A stretch of 64,000 nucleotides of DNA, taken from assembly GCA_963720545.1 (NCBI GenBank), contig OY970399.1, positions 3,520,001 to 3,584,000 on the forward strand, in the 5' to 3' direction. Numbering within the stretch: the stretch's first letter is position 1; each line of letters begins with the position of its first letter. Both the position numbers and the translations under genes were made by a program. Below the pieces are notes generated by a model, which was given only the letters and a program-made list of their open reading frames with translations, did no database searches and was not told the origin of the DNA. The DNA is from an uncultured Acidobacteriota bacterium. GTDB lineage: Bacteria > Acidobacteriota > Vicinamibacteria > Fen-336. This document shows positions 20,118 through 29,729 of this stretch, in pieces.

Positions 20118-20922
20118 GTTCCGACGGCCGGGTGCCGTAGCGGCGGCGAAACGTCGTCGCGAAATGGCTGAGTGAGCCGAAGCCTACGGCGAAGCAGGTT
20201 TCGGTGACGCCGGCGCCGTCGCGGAGCCTGGTGCGGGCGTGAGCGAGCCTCACATCGCGCAGATAGCGGTGGGGCGGCTGGCCTTCGAGCTCGGCGAAGA
20301 CACGCGCGAAGTGGAAGATGCTCATTCCGGCGTCGCGAGCCAGCATGGAAAGTGACAGCCGCTCGGCGTAGCGCGCTGCAATCATCGCTTTCGCGCGCTC
20401 GACGCGGCCTGCGTACCACGACAGGCGGACGGCGCGGAACAGCGGTTGCTTCTTTCTGCTCGCTGAGAGCGACGCAAGCAGCGCGTCGGCGAGAGCTTCG
20501 AGGCGCCCTTCGTCTCCCGCAACGCACTCCAGGAGGCCGTGCTGCAGGAACGCCTGGCGATTGGTAAGCGGGCGAACAAGAGACGGGGTTGACGCGGGCG
20601 CCGTCATCGCCACGGAGCGCGCGCTCTCAATCGCCTCGTCCGAGTACCTCACGGAAAGACATGAGTCGCTCGGAAGGTCTTCGTCGTGCGCGCACGAGAA
20701 CTCGAGGCCCGGCGTCGTCACGAGCACCGAACCGGCGGTCATCGTATGCCACCTGCCGGTGGTGCGAACCCGAAACGAGCCAGCCTCGACCAGGTTGATG
20801 GCGTGTGTCCTGGCGTGCTCGCGCCTGGGGTCGCGATGCGCCAAACCGGGAACGTGATCGAAGCGCTCCAGCGCGACGGCATCCGTTTGCAGCAGGCGCG
20901 CAACACGGTTCATCGAAACCAT
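20056..20922 (-). CDS. AraC family transcriptional regulator
   Basis: LARDAGMSIFHFARVF...VGFGSLSHFATTFRRRYG. Confidence 0.92.
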   Translation of the reverse strand: MVSMNRVARLLQTDAVALERFDHVPGLAHRDPRREHARTHAINLVEAGSFRVRTTGRWHTMTAGSVLVTTPGLEFSCAHDEDLPSDSCLSVRYSDEAIESARSVAMTAPASTPSLVRPLTNRQAFLQHGLLECVAGDEGRLEALADALLASLSASRKKQPLFRAVRLSWYAGRVERAKAMIAARYAERLSLSMLARDAGMSIFHFARVFAELEGQPPHRYLRDVRLAHARTRLRDGAGVTETCFAVGFGSLSHFATTFRRRYGTRPSELSAPAGARSRLRRSARETAR

Positions 20923-21010
20923 GATGGCACGACTTTGGCGCCCTCGCGATTCGCAAGAAACCGCAAGTCGGGCGGGCGGCTCCAGCCTAGATTGTGAGCC
21001 GGAGGTGTTG

Positions 21011-21460
21011 ATGACGATTGTCCAGACTCTGGCCCTGGCGGTTGGCGTGGCCGTACTTCAGGCCGATGCGGCGGTGGACGCGAACGTGCTGATCGCGCGT
21101 GAAACGGCGTGGCGTTCGTACTTCGCCGGTGACGTGAAGACCCTGGGCGACCTGCTGCCGCCAGAGTTCATTGGCATCGGCATGAACGACGGACCGTTCG
21201 GCGATCGCGCCACGACCCTTGCCGACTCGCAGGCATTCCATGAGCGCGGCGGCCGGTTGGTGAGCCTCTCGTTTCCCGAGACGCGTCAGCAGCGCTACGG
21301 CGACACAATCTTCCTCTATGGACGCTTCGAGGCGGTGATCGAGTCGGGCGGCAAGCAGGCCACGATGCGCGGCCGCCTCACGGAAACGTTCGTGCGGCGC
21401 GACGGCAAGTGGTGGCACCCCGGCTGGCATCTCGACCTGGTCTCGACACCCGACAAGTAG
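21011..21460 (+). CDS. NTF2-like (DUF4440) secreted protein
   Basis: GGAGG RBS, signal peptide, TETFVRRDGKW. Confidence 0.85.
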   Translation: MTIVQTLALAVGVAVLQADAAVDANVLIARETAWRSYFAGDVKTLGDLLPPEFIGIGMNDGPFGDRATTLADSQAFHERGGRLVSLSFPETRQQRYGDTIFLYGRFEAVIESGGKQATMRGRLTETFVRRDGKWWHPGWHLDLVSTPDK

Positions 21461-21498
21461 CTCGTGGCGGCCTCGTTTTCGGCCTAGGATGCTGTTCG

Positions 21499-21867
21499 AT
21501 GGCGACTCAAGCGGACGTGCGTCGCATTGCTCTCGCACTGCCCGGCGCTGTTGAAAACACGGAGGGCCGGTTCGCCTTCGCCGTCGCCGACAAGAAAGGG
21601 AAGCAGAAGGGCTTTGCGTGGTCCTGGCTGGAACGCATCCACCCGAAGAAGGCGCGCGTGCCGAGCTCCAAGGTCATCGCCGTACGGGTGCGCGACCAGG
21701 CCGAGAAGGCGGCGCTCCTGGCCGGCGATCCCGACGTCTTCTTCACCGAACCTCATTACAACGGTTACCCGGCAGTGCTCGTGCGCCTCGCCGCGGTCAC
21801 GAAACCGCAGCTGAAGAAGATCCTCTACGAAGCCTGGCGATGCCAGGCGCCCCAGAACCTTAAGTAG
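21499..21867 (+). CDS. MmcQ/YjbR family protein
   Basis: VRRIALALPGA...FFTEPHYNGYPAVLVRL. Confidence 0.9.
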   Translation: MATQADVRRIALALPGAVENTEGRFAFAVADKKGKQKGFAWSWLERIHPKKARVPSSKVIAVRVRDQAEKAALLAGDPDVFFTEPHYNGYPAVLVRLAAVTKPQLKKILYEAWRCQAPQNLK

Positions 21868-21881
21868 ACTCGCGCACGACG

Positions 21882-23417
21882 ATGGCTCTGTTCCAAAGCA
21901 CACTGATCCTCCTTGTCATTGCGATAGCTCTGCTCCAGGTGTCGCGGCGGTTCGCGATTCCCTATCCCACCATCCTGGCCATGGCCGGCGTGGGGGTGGC
22001 CGCGCTGCCGGGAGCGCCGACCATCGGCATCGAGCCGCACCTGGCCTTGGCGCTCTTCATTGCGCCGGCGCTGCTCGATGCGGCGTACGACTTTCCGCGC
22101 TCGGCGTTGTGGCGGCATTGGATTCCGCTGGTGCTGCTCGCCGCGGTGGCGGTGGTGGTGACGACCGCTGCGGTGGCGTGGGCCAGCGTGACGTGGGCGG
22201 GCCTGCCGCTTTACGCGGGGATAGCACTCGGGGCGATCGTGTCGCCGCCGGATGCGGCGGCCGCTACGGCAATGCTCGGGCGGCTGGCCCTGCCGCGAGC
22301 CACTGTCACCGTGCTGAAAGGCGAGAGCCTACTCAACGACGCTGTCGCGCTCCTGATCTTCGGCGCGGCGGTTGGGGCGATGACCAGCGGGACATCGATC
22401 ACGGCGCGCCTGCCCCAGCTCGCGCTGGCGGCGCCGGGCGGAGTGCTCGTCGGCTACGCGCTCGGATGGGTCCAGGCGCGCGTCACGCCGCACCTCGCCG
22501 GTACCGTGGGTCTCGTGGTGATGACCTTCGTCTCCACCTACGGCACCTGGCTCATCGCCGAACAACTGCACGTCTCGCCGATCCTCGCGATCGTTGCGTA
22601 CGGGATGACGGTTGCGCGCCACGGCCCTCACTTCGTCGCGGCGCGCGACCGGATGCACATCTACGCGGTGTGGGGCTTTGCGGTGTTCCTGCTCAACGTC
22701 GTCGCGTTCCTGCTGCTGGGGCTGCAGGCGCGCACCATCCTCAACGGCTTCGCGGATGCGGAACTGTTCGCCGCCCTGCGCTTCGCGGGCGGCATCTTTG
22801 TGCTCGTGGTCGTCATCAGAATCGTGCTGGTCATGATCTACAACCGGGCGATCCAGCCGGTCTATCGCTGGCTCGGCCGCACGCCGCCAACCGTGGCGCA
22901 GGGAATTCTGGTCTCCTGGTGCGGGATGCGCGGGCTGGTCACCCTGGCAACCGCGCTCGCGCTGCCGGCGACCTTTCCAGGCCGCGATCTCATCGTGCTG
23001 AGCGCTGTCGCAGTAGTGCTGGGCACGCTGGTGCTGCAAGGACTGACTCTCGGCCCGCTGATTCGCGTGCTGCGCTTTCCACCCGATGATTCGCTGCAGC
23101 GTGAGGTGGCAACAGCGCGCCTGGCTCTCTTCGGCGCGGCCATCGACAAGCTCGCTGGCGACGAGAATCCGGACGCGGTGTCGCTTTGCAGGAAATACAC
23201 GACACGTCACGCGCTCACTGTCGATGGTCTCGACCCGAACGATCTCCAGCACCTGCGGCTGCTGCGCAAGACGCTTGCCGCGGAGCGTGAGCGCCTCTCC
23301 GAGCTGCGGCGCGACGGGCACATCGACGACGAGGTCTTCCACGAGCTCGAAGCCGAGCTGGACCGCGCCGAAATGGCGACAGCACCGCACGAGAAGTTCG
23401 AGCTCGTCGAAGGCTAG
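21882..23417 (+). CDS. CPA1 family Na+/H+ antiporter
   Basis: GAIVSPPDA, KGESLLNDA, WCGMRGLVTLA, about 12 TM. Confidence 0.93.
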   Translation: MALFQSTLILLVIAIALLQVSRRFAIPYPTILAMAGVGVAALPGAPTIGIEPHLALALFIAPALLDAAYDFPRSALWRHWIPLVLLAAVAVVVTTAAVAWASVTWAGLPLYAGIALGAIVSPPDAAAATAMLGRLALPRATVTVLKGESLLNDAVALLIFGAAVGAMTSGTSITARLPQLALAAPGGVLVGYALGWVQARVTPHLAGTVGLVVMTFVSTYGTWLIAEQLHVSPILAIVAYGMTVARHGPHFVAARDRMHIYAVWGFAVFLLNVVAFLLLGLQARTILNGFADAELFAALRFAGGIFVLVVVIRIVLVMIYNRAIQPVYRWLGRTPPTVAQGILVSWCGMRGLVTLATALALPATFPGRDLIVLSAVAVVLGTLVLQGLTLGPLIRVLRFPPDDSLQREVATARLALFGAAIDKLAGDENPDAVSLCRKYTTRHALTVDGLDPNDLQHLRLLRKTLAAERERLSELRRDGHIDDEVFHELEAELDRAEMATAPHEKFELVEG

Positions 23418-23420
23418 GCG

Positions 23421-24170
23421 ATGCGCGTCGCGGCGCTCTTCGACATTCATGCGAACCTGCCGGCGCTCGAGGCTGTGATCGCGCGGATGCGAGGCGTTGG
23501 CATCAACCTGATCGTGGTGGGCGGCGACGTGGTTCCCGGGCCCATGGTACGGGAGACGCTCGCGTTGCTGCGCAGCGCTGGTGCGCCTTGCGTGTTCATC
23601 CACGGCAACGGCGAGACCGAGATCCTTGCGGCTCGTGCGGGCCGCGAACTGACTCGCGTTCCCGCGAACTTTCGCGATGCGATCGAATGGAACGCGGCCG
23701 GGTTGTCGGAGGCGGAGACGTCGATGGTCGAGTCGTGGCCGCTCACGGCGCGCGTCGAGGTCCCAGGCCTGGGCACGGTGCTCTTCTGCCATGCAACGCC
23801 GCGCGGCGACAACGAACTGTTCACCAAGCTGACCCCGACCGAGAGGCTGCTGCCGATCTTTTCAGCGACCGGAGCGGATGTCGTCGTGTGCGGTCATACA
23901 CACATGCAGTTCGACCGGCAGGTGGGAAGCGTGCGCGTCGTCAACGCCGGCAGCGTCGGGATGCCCTTTGGCAGGACCGGCGCCGACTGGCTGCTGATTG
24001 GGCCCGCGATCGAGTTTCAACACACGGACTACGATCTGGCGGATGCCGCCGCACGGATTCGGGCGACCGCCTACCCACAGGCGGAGTTCGCCGCGAACGC
24101 GGTGCTCAACCCAAGGTCGGAGGAGGAGATGGCGGCGTTGTTCGAACGGGCGGCGCTGGGGGGTAGGTAA
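23421..24170 (+). CDS. Metallophosphoesterase (YfcE-like)
   Basis: DIHAN, GGDVV, HGNGE, CHAT, GHTH, NAGSVG. Confidence 0.92.
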   Translation: MRVAALFDIHANLPALEAVIARMRGVGINLIVVGGDVVPGPMVRETLALLRSAGAPCVFIHGNGETEILAARAGRELTRVPANFRDAIEWNAAGLSEAETSMVESWPLTARVEVPGLGTVLFCHATPRGDNELFTKLTPTERLLPIFSATGADVVVCGHTHMQFDRQVGSVRVVNAGSVGMPFGRTGADWLLIGPAIEFQHTDYDLADAAARIRATAYPQAEFAANAVLNPRSEEEMAALFERAALGGR

Positions 24171-24220
24171 CGGGAGATCCCTCGGGCCAGCGCAAGCGCA
24201 AGGAGCCCTCGGGAAAACGG
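24169..24220. repeat. Dispersed REP-like element, copy 2
   Basis: AACGGGAGATCCCTCGGGCCAG...CCCTCGGGAAAACGG, between convergent genes. Confidence 0.75.
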
Positions 24221-24237
24221 GAGCGATCGGGGAACGG

Positions 24238-25155
24238 CTACCGTAAGGCGGCTAGTTGCTTCCAGTTGATGAGGATGAAGCCCTGCTCGCGGAGGTAGTT
24301 GCGGAACGCGGGGCTGCTCACGAGGTTGAGGTCCCATTCGCGCCAGGCGGCGCCCCAGTCGGGATGGTCCGCGGTCGCGCCGCGCATCTCCTCGTCGTCA
24401 TAGCCAAGGTGGACGATCAGCTGGTAAACGCCCGGCGGCAGCGGCGTGAGGATGTCCCTGTAAGCGGCGAACCACTGGTCGCGCGTGACGCCGGGACCGA
24501 TGGAGACGACGCGGTCGACGAAGGCTTCGTCGCGCGCCGCGGTGGCCGGTGCGTTGCGCGAGCCACTGCGTTCCAGCAGTCGCGGCAGGTTCACGGCCTC
24601 GCCGACGCGGCGATACGTCTCGAACAGCGGCTCGGAGCGGAACAGCATCGCCATGTGCGAGTCGATGTGCGACAGGCGAATGCCCGCCGAGCGTGCCCGT
24701 TCCACCTGTGCCTTCAGCTCCACCTCGACTTCCGCCGGCACCGCGCGCGGCACGACCAGTTCCTCGTTCAGCGGCAGGTAGCCCTGGGCGTCCATGAGGC
24801 TCGGCACCTTGTCCACCGGGCTCACCGGCCGCCAGCGAAACGGCGTCCACTCGCTGTTGAGCGCCAGGTGGATGCCAAGGTCCGCGTCCGGATGAGCCGC
24901 GGCGAAGCTCACGACCTCGGGAAACCACGGGCACGGGACCAGGATACTGGCCGACGTGACCCAGCCGTTTTCGAGCGCTTTGAACGTGGCGCGGTTGACC
25001 GAGTGGGACATGCCGAGGTCGTCGGCATGAATGATCAGCAGGCGCGATTCGGCGGGGTAGCCGAGCCGCTCCTGCACGGTGCGTGTTTCGCTTGCGGTCG
25101 CGGTGGCCACCGCGAGTGCTGCTGCGAGCCAGGGCATCACTGCCATACGCCGCAT
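24238..25155 (-). CDS. YdjC/ChbG-like carbohydrate deacetylase, secreted
   Basis: IIHADDLG, GIHLAL, HIDSHM, IVHLG. Signal peptide. Confidence 0.9.
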   Translation of the reverse strand: MRRMAVMPWLAAALAVATATASETRTVQERLGYPAESRLLIIHADDLGMSHSVNRATFKALENGWVTSASILVPCPWFPEVVSFAAAHPDADLGIHLALNSEWTPFRWRPVSPVDKVPSLMDAQGYLPLNEELVVPRAVPAEVEVELKAQVERARSAGIRLSHIDSHMAMLFRSEPLFETYRRVGEAVNLPRLLERSGSRNAPATAARDEAFVDRVVSIGPGVTRDQWFAAYRDILTPLPPGVYQLIVHLGYDDEEMRGATADHPDWGAAWREWDLNLVSSPAFRNYLREQGFILINWKQLAALR

Positions 25156-25156
25156 G

Positions 25157-25284
25157 CTAGGACTTTTTCAGCTCGAGGCGCATGGTCGGGCGCGCTTTCG
25201 TCGGCCGGGCGACAGTCTCGAACCCGGCGCGGCGGAACGTACTGACGTCGATAGCTCCGGTATCAGCGGCCGAATCGTCAGCAT
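25157..25284 (-). pseudogene. Internally deleted GNAT acetyltransferase remnant
   Basis: ATG 25284 gives MLTIRPLIPEL. A different frame gives STFRRAGFETVARPTKARPTMRLELKKS*. These resemble the N- and C-termini of one GNAT family. Confidence 0.6.
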
Positions 25285-25301
25285 TGGTCGGCGTTGCTCG
25301 A

Positions 25302-26186
25302 CTACTGCAATTGAGTTCCGTCGGCTTCGGGGCGGTCGTCCCCTTGCAGCTCGTCGTGCGTGCCCGCCGGGCCCCGCTCTAGGCCGGTTTCGAGGGCGCC
25401 GATACGGCCCTGGCGGTCGAGAGTCATCGTGGTCGGCCACACGCGGATGCCGGCGCGACGGGCGATGCGCAGGTCGCTGTCCGGCACCGTGGTGAACCGC
25501 TCGCCGAGATGTCCGGCCACCACTTCTGACTCGCGGCCGCCAGCGCCGCCGAGCACCACGACGAGGTTGACGCCGCGCTCTTCCGCGGCGTCGTAGCGCG
25601 CGGCGAGATTGCGCAGGTGCGCCATGGTCGCATCGGTCACAGCGGGCACGAAAGTCACGACCGTGCCGTAGCTGCCGCGGCTCCACGGAAACGGCGGACA
25701 GGGATCCTGCAGCGCCGAGTAGTCGATGGGCCACAACAAGTCGCCGATGGGAAACAGCTTGTCGACGCCCCAGGCCGCGCCGATCACGTCGAGGTTCGGC
25801 GACGGGCTGGTGACAAGACGGCTGTCGAGCGCGTGCGTCAGCTGGCGCGCGTCCAGCTCGCCTTCGTGCGACCACGTCACGTCGCCGGCGGGGCCCACCA
25901 GGCGGGCGCTGCCGTCTTCGAGGCGAAATGCGCGCGACCAGCGGCCGCCGACGTCCTCGGCCACGACCGTCGCGAGGCCCATCTCCGCACCCACACGCTG
26001 CAGTGCGGTGACCGGTCCGTCACGCCGGTCGAGGCGCTGGCCTTCGGGGACGAGTGCCAGCAGCGCCAGGCCGGCATCGCGGCGGTGGCTCGAGGCGAGC
26101 GCGGCGCCGATCGCGGCCGCGGCCTCATGGCTCAGGGATTCGCCGGCGTGCACGATGAGCGTGTTGTGCGCCGCTAGCAGCGCGGT
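25302..26186 (-). CDS. Tandem thioredoxin/peroxiredoxin-like folds without CxxC; probably the frameshifted C-terminal part of 26125-27951
   Basis: Frame opens just after a TGA near 26190 as ...AAHNTLIVHAGE. PDSDLRIARRAGIRVWPTT...DRQGRI is a Trx-type cis-Pro region. Confidence 0.65.
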   Translation of the reverse strand, partial: TALLAAHNTLIVHAGESLSHEAAAAIGAALASSHRRDAGLALLALVPEGQRLDRRDGPVTALQRVGAEMGLATVVAEDVGGRWSRAFRLEDGSARLVGPAGDVTWSHEGELDARQLTHALDSRLVTSPSPNLDVIGAAWGVDKLFPIGDLLWPIDYSALQDPCPPFPWSRGSYGTVVTFVPAVTDATMAHLRNLAARYDAAEERGVNLVVVLGGAGGRESEVVAGHLGERFTTVPDSDLRIARRAGIRVWPTTMTLDRQGRIGALETGLERGPAGTHDELQGDDRPEADGTQLQ

Positions 26187-27951
26187 TCGTCACGGCGAGG
26201 TCCACGCGCGCCAGCTGCGGGAACGGAACGTCCTGCGACAGCTCCGGAACGTCGGTGAAGTCGTGGCCGAACAGCGGGCCGGGATCGACTTGGAGCCCGG
26301 CGTAGATGTTGAACCCGAAGTGATTGCACTCGGTCTTGCTGGTGACGCGCTCGAGGTCGCCGGTGACAGCGTTCACCTGTGCCCCCTGGATCCACAAGCA
26401 CACACGACCCGAGACGTCGACTCCCGGCAGCGGCTCGGTGCCCTCGAACGCGATGTCGATGCCCCAGCGGCCCTTGCCGGCCCGCGGCCGGCGCAGCACG
26501 AAGCGGTCGGCCCAGGTTTTCGCGCCGGTGGCCTGCGAGCCATAGGTGGTCCACGACCAGGAAAACTTGTCGATGCGGCCGCCCGGGATCCACGCCTTCA
26601 CGGCGGTCAGCGCGTCGCCTTCGCCGGTCTTCTCGAACATCACCACGGGCCGCTGGCGGCGCGACACCGAGATGCGCCCGCGCAGGATCATGCCGTCGCC
26701 GAGGAACTCCGCGCCTTCAACGCGCGCGCCGGCGCCGGCGTCGAGCGTGCGCAGCTGGGTCACGAGCTCCGCCTTGCGGCCGAGGATGGCATCGACATCC
26801 GGTTGCGCGGCGGCGCAGGCGTTCTCGATCATCGGCTTCACGATGCCGTCGATGGTGCTCTTCACCGTGCCCTCGACGATGCCGCCGAACGGCCCACCCA
26901 CGTGGGCGTTGACCTTGCGCGAGCCGACGCCCAGCCACAACCGCTCCGAGCCGCTGTCGAAGTTGACTGTGATGTCCTGGTCGATGTCGAAGGTGGCGTT
27001 GGGAAGGATCGAGTCGGTGTTGGCGCCGCCGCTGACCTTGATCTTGATCACGGCGAAGCCGCCGTAGGGATGCCACTCGACGACCGGCGGGTTGGTCCAC
27101 ACGCGGTAAACGGTGTCGATGTCGGGCGCGGGCCACGGCGTGCCGACGTGCACCTTGATCGTCGGGTGGAAGTCGCGGATGGGTGCCAGCGCAGGCTCGG
27201 CCAGCGCCATGACCGTGGCGGTGCTCACCGCGATGCCGAAGTCGGCGCCTTGCAGGAACAGCCAGTTGACGCTCGCGATGTTGCCGGCCGGATCGCCATT
27301 GACCGGCACCGGCGCCACGACTGCAGTCTCGCCGTTCGCGTCGAGGCTGCGCAGCGAACCGCGCCGGAAGCGCTTCGACACCGGGTGCGGCGTCGCCTGG
27401 AACTCGGTCAGCAGCGCCACCGCGACCTGCCGGCTGATGCGCTCCTCGACCTGCGCATGGTCTTCGACGGCGCCGCCCGGTGTGTACATGCCGGTGAAAT
27501 TGATCTCGTCCTCAGCGGTTCCGGCGAAATGCACGGTCTCCGGCACCACGCGCACCCACACGTGGTCCGCGGCCTTCTTCGACCAGCCCAGGCACTTCGG
27601 ATCGATGTCGGCGATGTGGTACTGCGCGCGCACTGTGCCGTTCATGTACTGGGGCAGCGGTTTGGTGCCGGCATCCGGCAGGTAGCGGGCGCGCACCGGC
27701 ACTTCGATCCAGAAGCGGTCGGTGGAGCCGCCGATGAGCGAGACGCGCGGCGCGCCCACCTGCGCCTTGACCGTGCCGAGGACGCCGTCGACCTTGTGGA
27801 CCTGGCCGAGGCGCAGCTGCACGCTGTGCGGAAAGCTCGGCGTGTCGGGATTGGTGAACGCGTTCTGGTGGAGGCTCGCCATCAGGCGGTTGATGGTCTT
27901 GCCGCTCACCTGCAAGACAGCATCGAAGTCACCGGTCAACGGGTTCGGCAT
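26125..27951 (-). CDS. Large hypothetical protein (MPNPLTGDFDAVLQVS...), probably continuous with 25302-26186
   Basis: 608-aa ORF with strong GC3 bias. The tail after ...DLAVTNR looks out of frame. Confidence 0.75.
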   Translation of the reverse strand: MPNPLTGDFDAVLQVSGKTINRLMASLHQNAFTNPDTPSFPHSVQLRLGQVHKVDGVLGTVKAQVGAPRVSLIGGSTDRFWIEVPVRARYLPDAGTKPLPQYMNGTVRAQYHIADIDPKCLGWSKKAADHVWVRVVPETVHFAGTAEDEINFTGMYTPGGAVEDHAQVEERISRQVAVALLTEFQATPHPVSKRFRRGSLRSLDANGETAVVAPVPVNGDPAGNIASVNWLFLQGADFGIAVSTATVMALAEPALAPIRDFHPTIKVHVGTPWPAPDIDTVYRVWTNPPVVEWHPYGGFAVIKIKVSGGANTDSILPNATFDIDQDITVNFDSGSERLWLGVGSRKVNAHVGGPFGGIVEGTVKSTIDGIVKPMIENACAAAQPDVDAILGRKAELVTQLRTLDAGAGARVEGAEFLGDGMILRGRISVSRRQRPVVMFEKTGEGDALTAVKAWIPGGRIDKFSWSWTTYGSQATGAKTWADRFVLRRPRAGKGRWGIDIAFEGTEPLPGVDVSGRVCLWIQGAQVNAVTGDLERVTSKTECNHFGFNIYAGLQVDPGPLFGHDFTDVPELSQDVPFPQLARVDLAVTNRAASGAQHAHRARRRIPEP

Positions 27952-27985
27952 GATTCAGGTTCGCTTTCCGACCGCGCGCTCGCGG

Positions 27986-28987
27986 TCACTTGTTGATGGC
28001 GAAGTGGTTCTCGAGTTCTTTCGCGGTCAGCGCCTTGCTGTGCAGCACCACCTCCTGGATGACGCTCAGGATCGGCTGGTGGACGGTCTCCGGCTGCGCC
28101 GGGTTGAGCTGGCCGTTCTCGATGCCGATGTAGAGCGGCAAGCCCACCGGCGGCGCGTACGCGGCGACCGCTGCCTCGGCCACCTGGCTGCCGTTGATGA
28201 ACAGGCGCACGCGGTGCTGCGTGCCCACCTTTTCCACGGTCATCGCGATGTGAATGGCAGCGAGCATCGCGACCGGCGCGCTGGTGAGCGGCACCGCGCC
28301 GGCTGGAGCAAGGCCTACGGCCCACGCGTTCTGGATGCTGGCCAGAAGCTGGAACCCGTGTCCGCTCGGTGGCGGCGCCGGCTCGGCGTAGAGGCCGGCC
28401 GCGCTCCACAGCGTGTGTTCGTAGTTCGCGACCTTGGTCCACGCGGGCGTGATCCACGCTTCGAGCGTGAAATCGGTGGGATGCAGGCCGGCTTTCCACG
28501 GGATGCGCACGAACCCGCCTCCGAAATGGCGTGCCTTCACGGAAGGGTCGGTGACGATGAGGCTCGCCTGGTTGACGACGAACGTGCCGGCGGCTCCCTC
28601 GGTGGCGTCGCCCTGGTTATCGGGCAGCAGCCCGGGCGAGACGTATTCGCCGTCCTGGAAGCCTTTCTCGTCGTGCGCCACGTTGGAGGTCGGCGCATCG
28701 ACGAGGCGCCAGTAGCCGACCACGGCATTGGGGTCCGGCACGATCTCGGGGTTGGGTACGGTCCCGGGATTGTTCGGCACGCCCATGATGTAGTCGCGGT
28801 AGCGCGGCGGCTTCGGCTTTTCCGTGGGCGGCTTGGAAGGGTCGACTTTGGAAGGCGGTGTCTCGGCGCTCGGCTCGGCCTCGGAGGGGGTCGCACCGAC
28901 GCCGAAGCTGCTGCAGCCGACGAAGCGGAACAGCACGACGATGGGCAGCGCCAGCAGGGGCAGCAGCAGGTACAACCAGTCAGCCAT
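27986..28987 (-). CDS. LamG/concanavalin-A-like jelly-roll domain putative lipoprotein
   Basis: VVGYWRL, DFTLEAWI, HIAMT...RLFINGS, IQEVVLHSKALT. N-terminus MADWLYLLLPLLALPIVVLFRFVGC followed by a Pro-rich linker. Confidence 0.85.
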   Translation of the reverse strand: MADWLYLLLPLLALPIVVLFRFVGCSSFGVGATPSEAEPSAETPPSKVDPSKPPTEKPKPPRYRDYIMGVPNNPGTVPNPEIVPDPNAVVGYWRLVDAPTSNVAHDEKGFQDGEYVSPGLLPDNQGDATEGAAGTFVVNQASLIVTDPSVKARHFGGGFVRIPWKAGLHPTDFTLEAWITPAWTKVANYEHTLWSAAGLYAEPAPPPSGHGFQLLASIQNAWAVGLAPAGAVPLTSAPVAMLAAIHIAMTVEKVGTQHRVRLFINGSQVAEAAVAAYAPPVGLPLYIGIENGQLNPAQPETVHQPILSVIQEVVLHSKALTAKELENHFAINK

Positions 28988-29725
28988 CTAGTTCCTCCAC
29001 GCAGTGATGAGGACGGCAAGGGACAGGGAGACGAGCCCCAGGGATAACGCGCGCTGCAGGCGCAAGCCGAAGGCGCGGTCTTGGGTTTCGCGCGCTGCTT
29101 CGAGGAGGGCGCGAACCGCGCCGTAGCCGCACACCGTGGCGAGAAAGACGACGCCAGCGGCTGGGCTAGTGCGCTGAAGCGCAAAGACCGCGGCCAGCAG
29201 CAAGGCCGCGCTGGCAGCCTCGAGCAGCTGGTTCGGCACGCGGCGCGCCCACACGCCCAGGTGGTTCGGCAGGTACATGCCGAACCGGCTGTTCGTCGGC
29301 CTGCCCGCGCAGCAGCCGTTCAGGAAGCAGCCCGCGCGCGTGATCGCCATGCCGGCCAGCATCGTGAAGGAAGCGCTGTCCCAGAAGCGCCAGAACGGAA
29401 CTGCGAGCGCCGCGAGCAGCGGGACCGACACCGGCACGGCAAGCAGCAGGCCGCCATAGAGCGCACCGCCGCCTTCGTTGCGCGCGTACATCGCCGCGCG
29501 GTTGCTGCGGTATGCGGACCAGTGACTGAGGACGAACAGCAGCCGCGAGCCGAGAAGCGCCGGGATCAGCAGCAGCAGCGTCGCGAGCGAGACCTGGCCG
29601 ACAACGAGGTGCATACGCGCCGCCACCGACTGCTGCACGAACATGCCGGCGACGATACCGGTGGCGAGCATCGCCGGATAGCTGTGGATCCGCAGCCCAT
29701 TCCATTGCAGCAGCACGCGGCGCAT
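28988..29725 (-). CDS. lgt: Prolipoprotein diacylglyceryl transferase (accessory Lgt paralogue)
   Basis: LLGSRLLFV, GGALYGGL, RAGCFLNGCCAG, PNQLLE, YGAVRALLEAAR. Confidence 0.85.
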   Translation of the reverse strand: MRRVLLQWNGLRIHSYPAMLATGIVAGMFVQQSVAARMHLVVGQVSLATLLLLIPALLGSRLLFVLSHWSAYRSNRAAMYARNEGGGALYGGLLLAVPVSVPLLAALAVPFWRFWDSASFTMLAGMAITRAGCFLNGCCAGRPTNSRFGMYLPNHLGVWARRVPNQLLEAASAALLLAAVFALQRTSPAAGVVFLATVCGYGAVRALLEAARETQDRAFGLRLQRALSLGLVSLSLAVLITAWRN

Positions 29726-29729
29726 TGGG

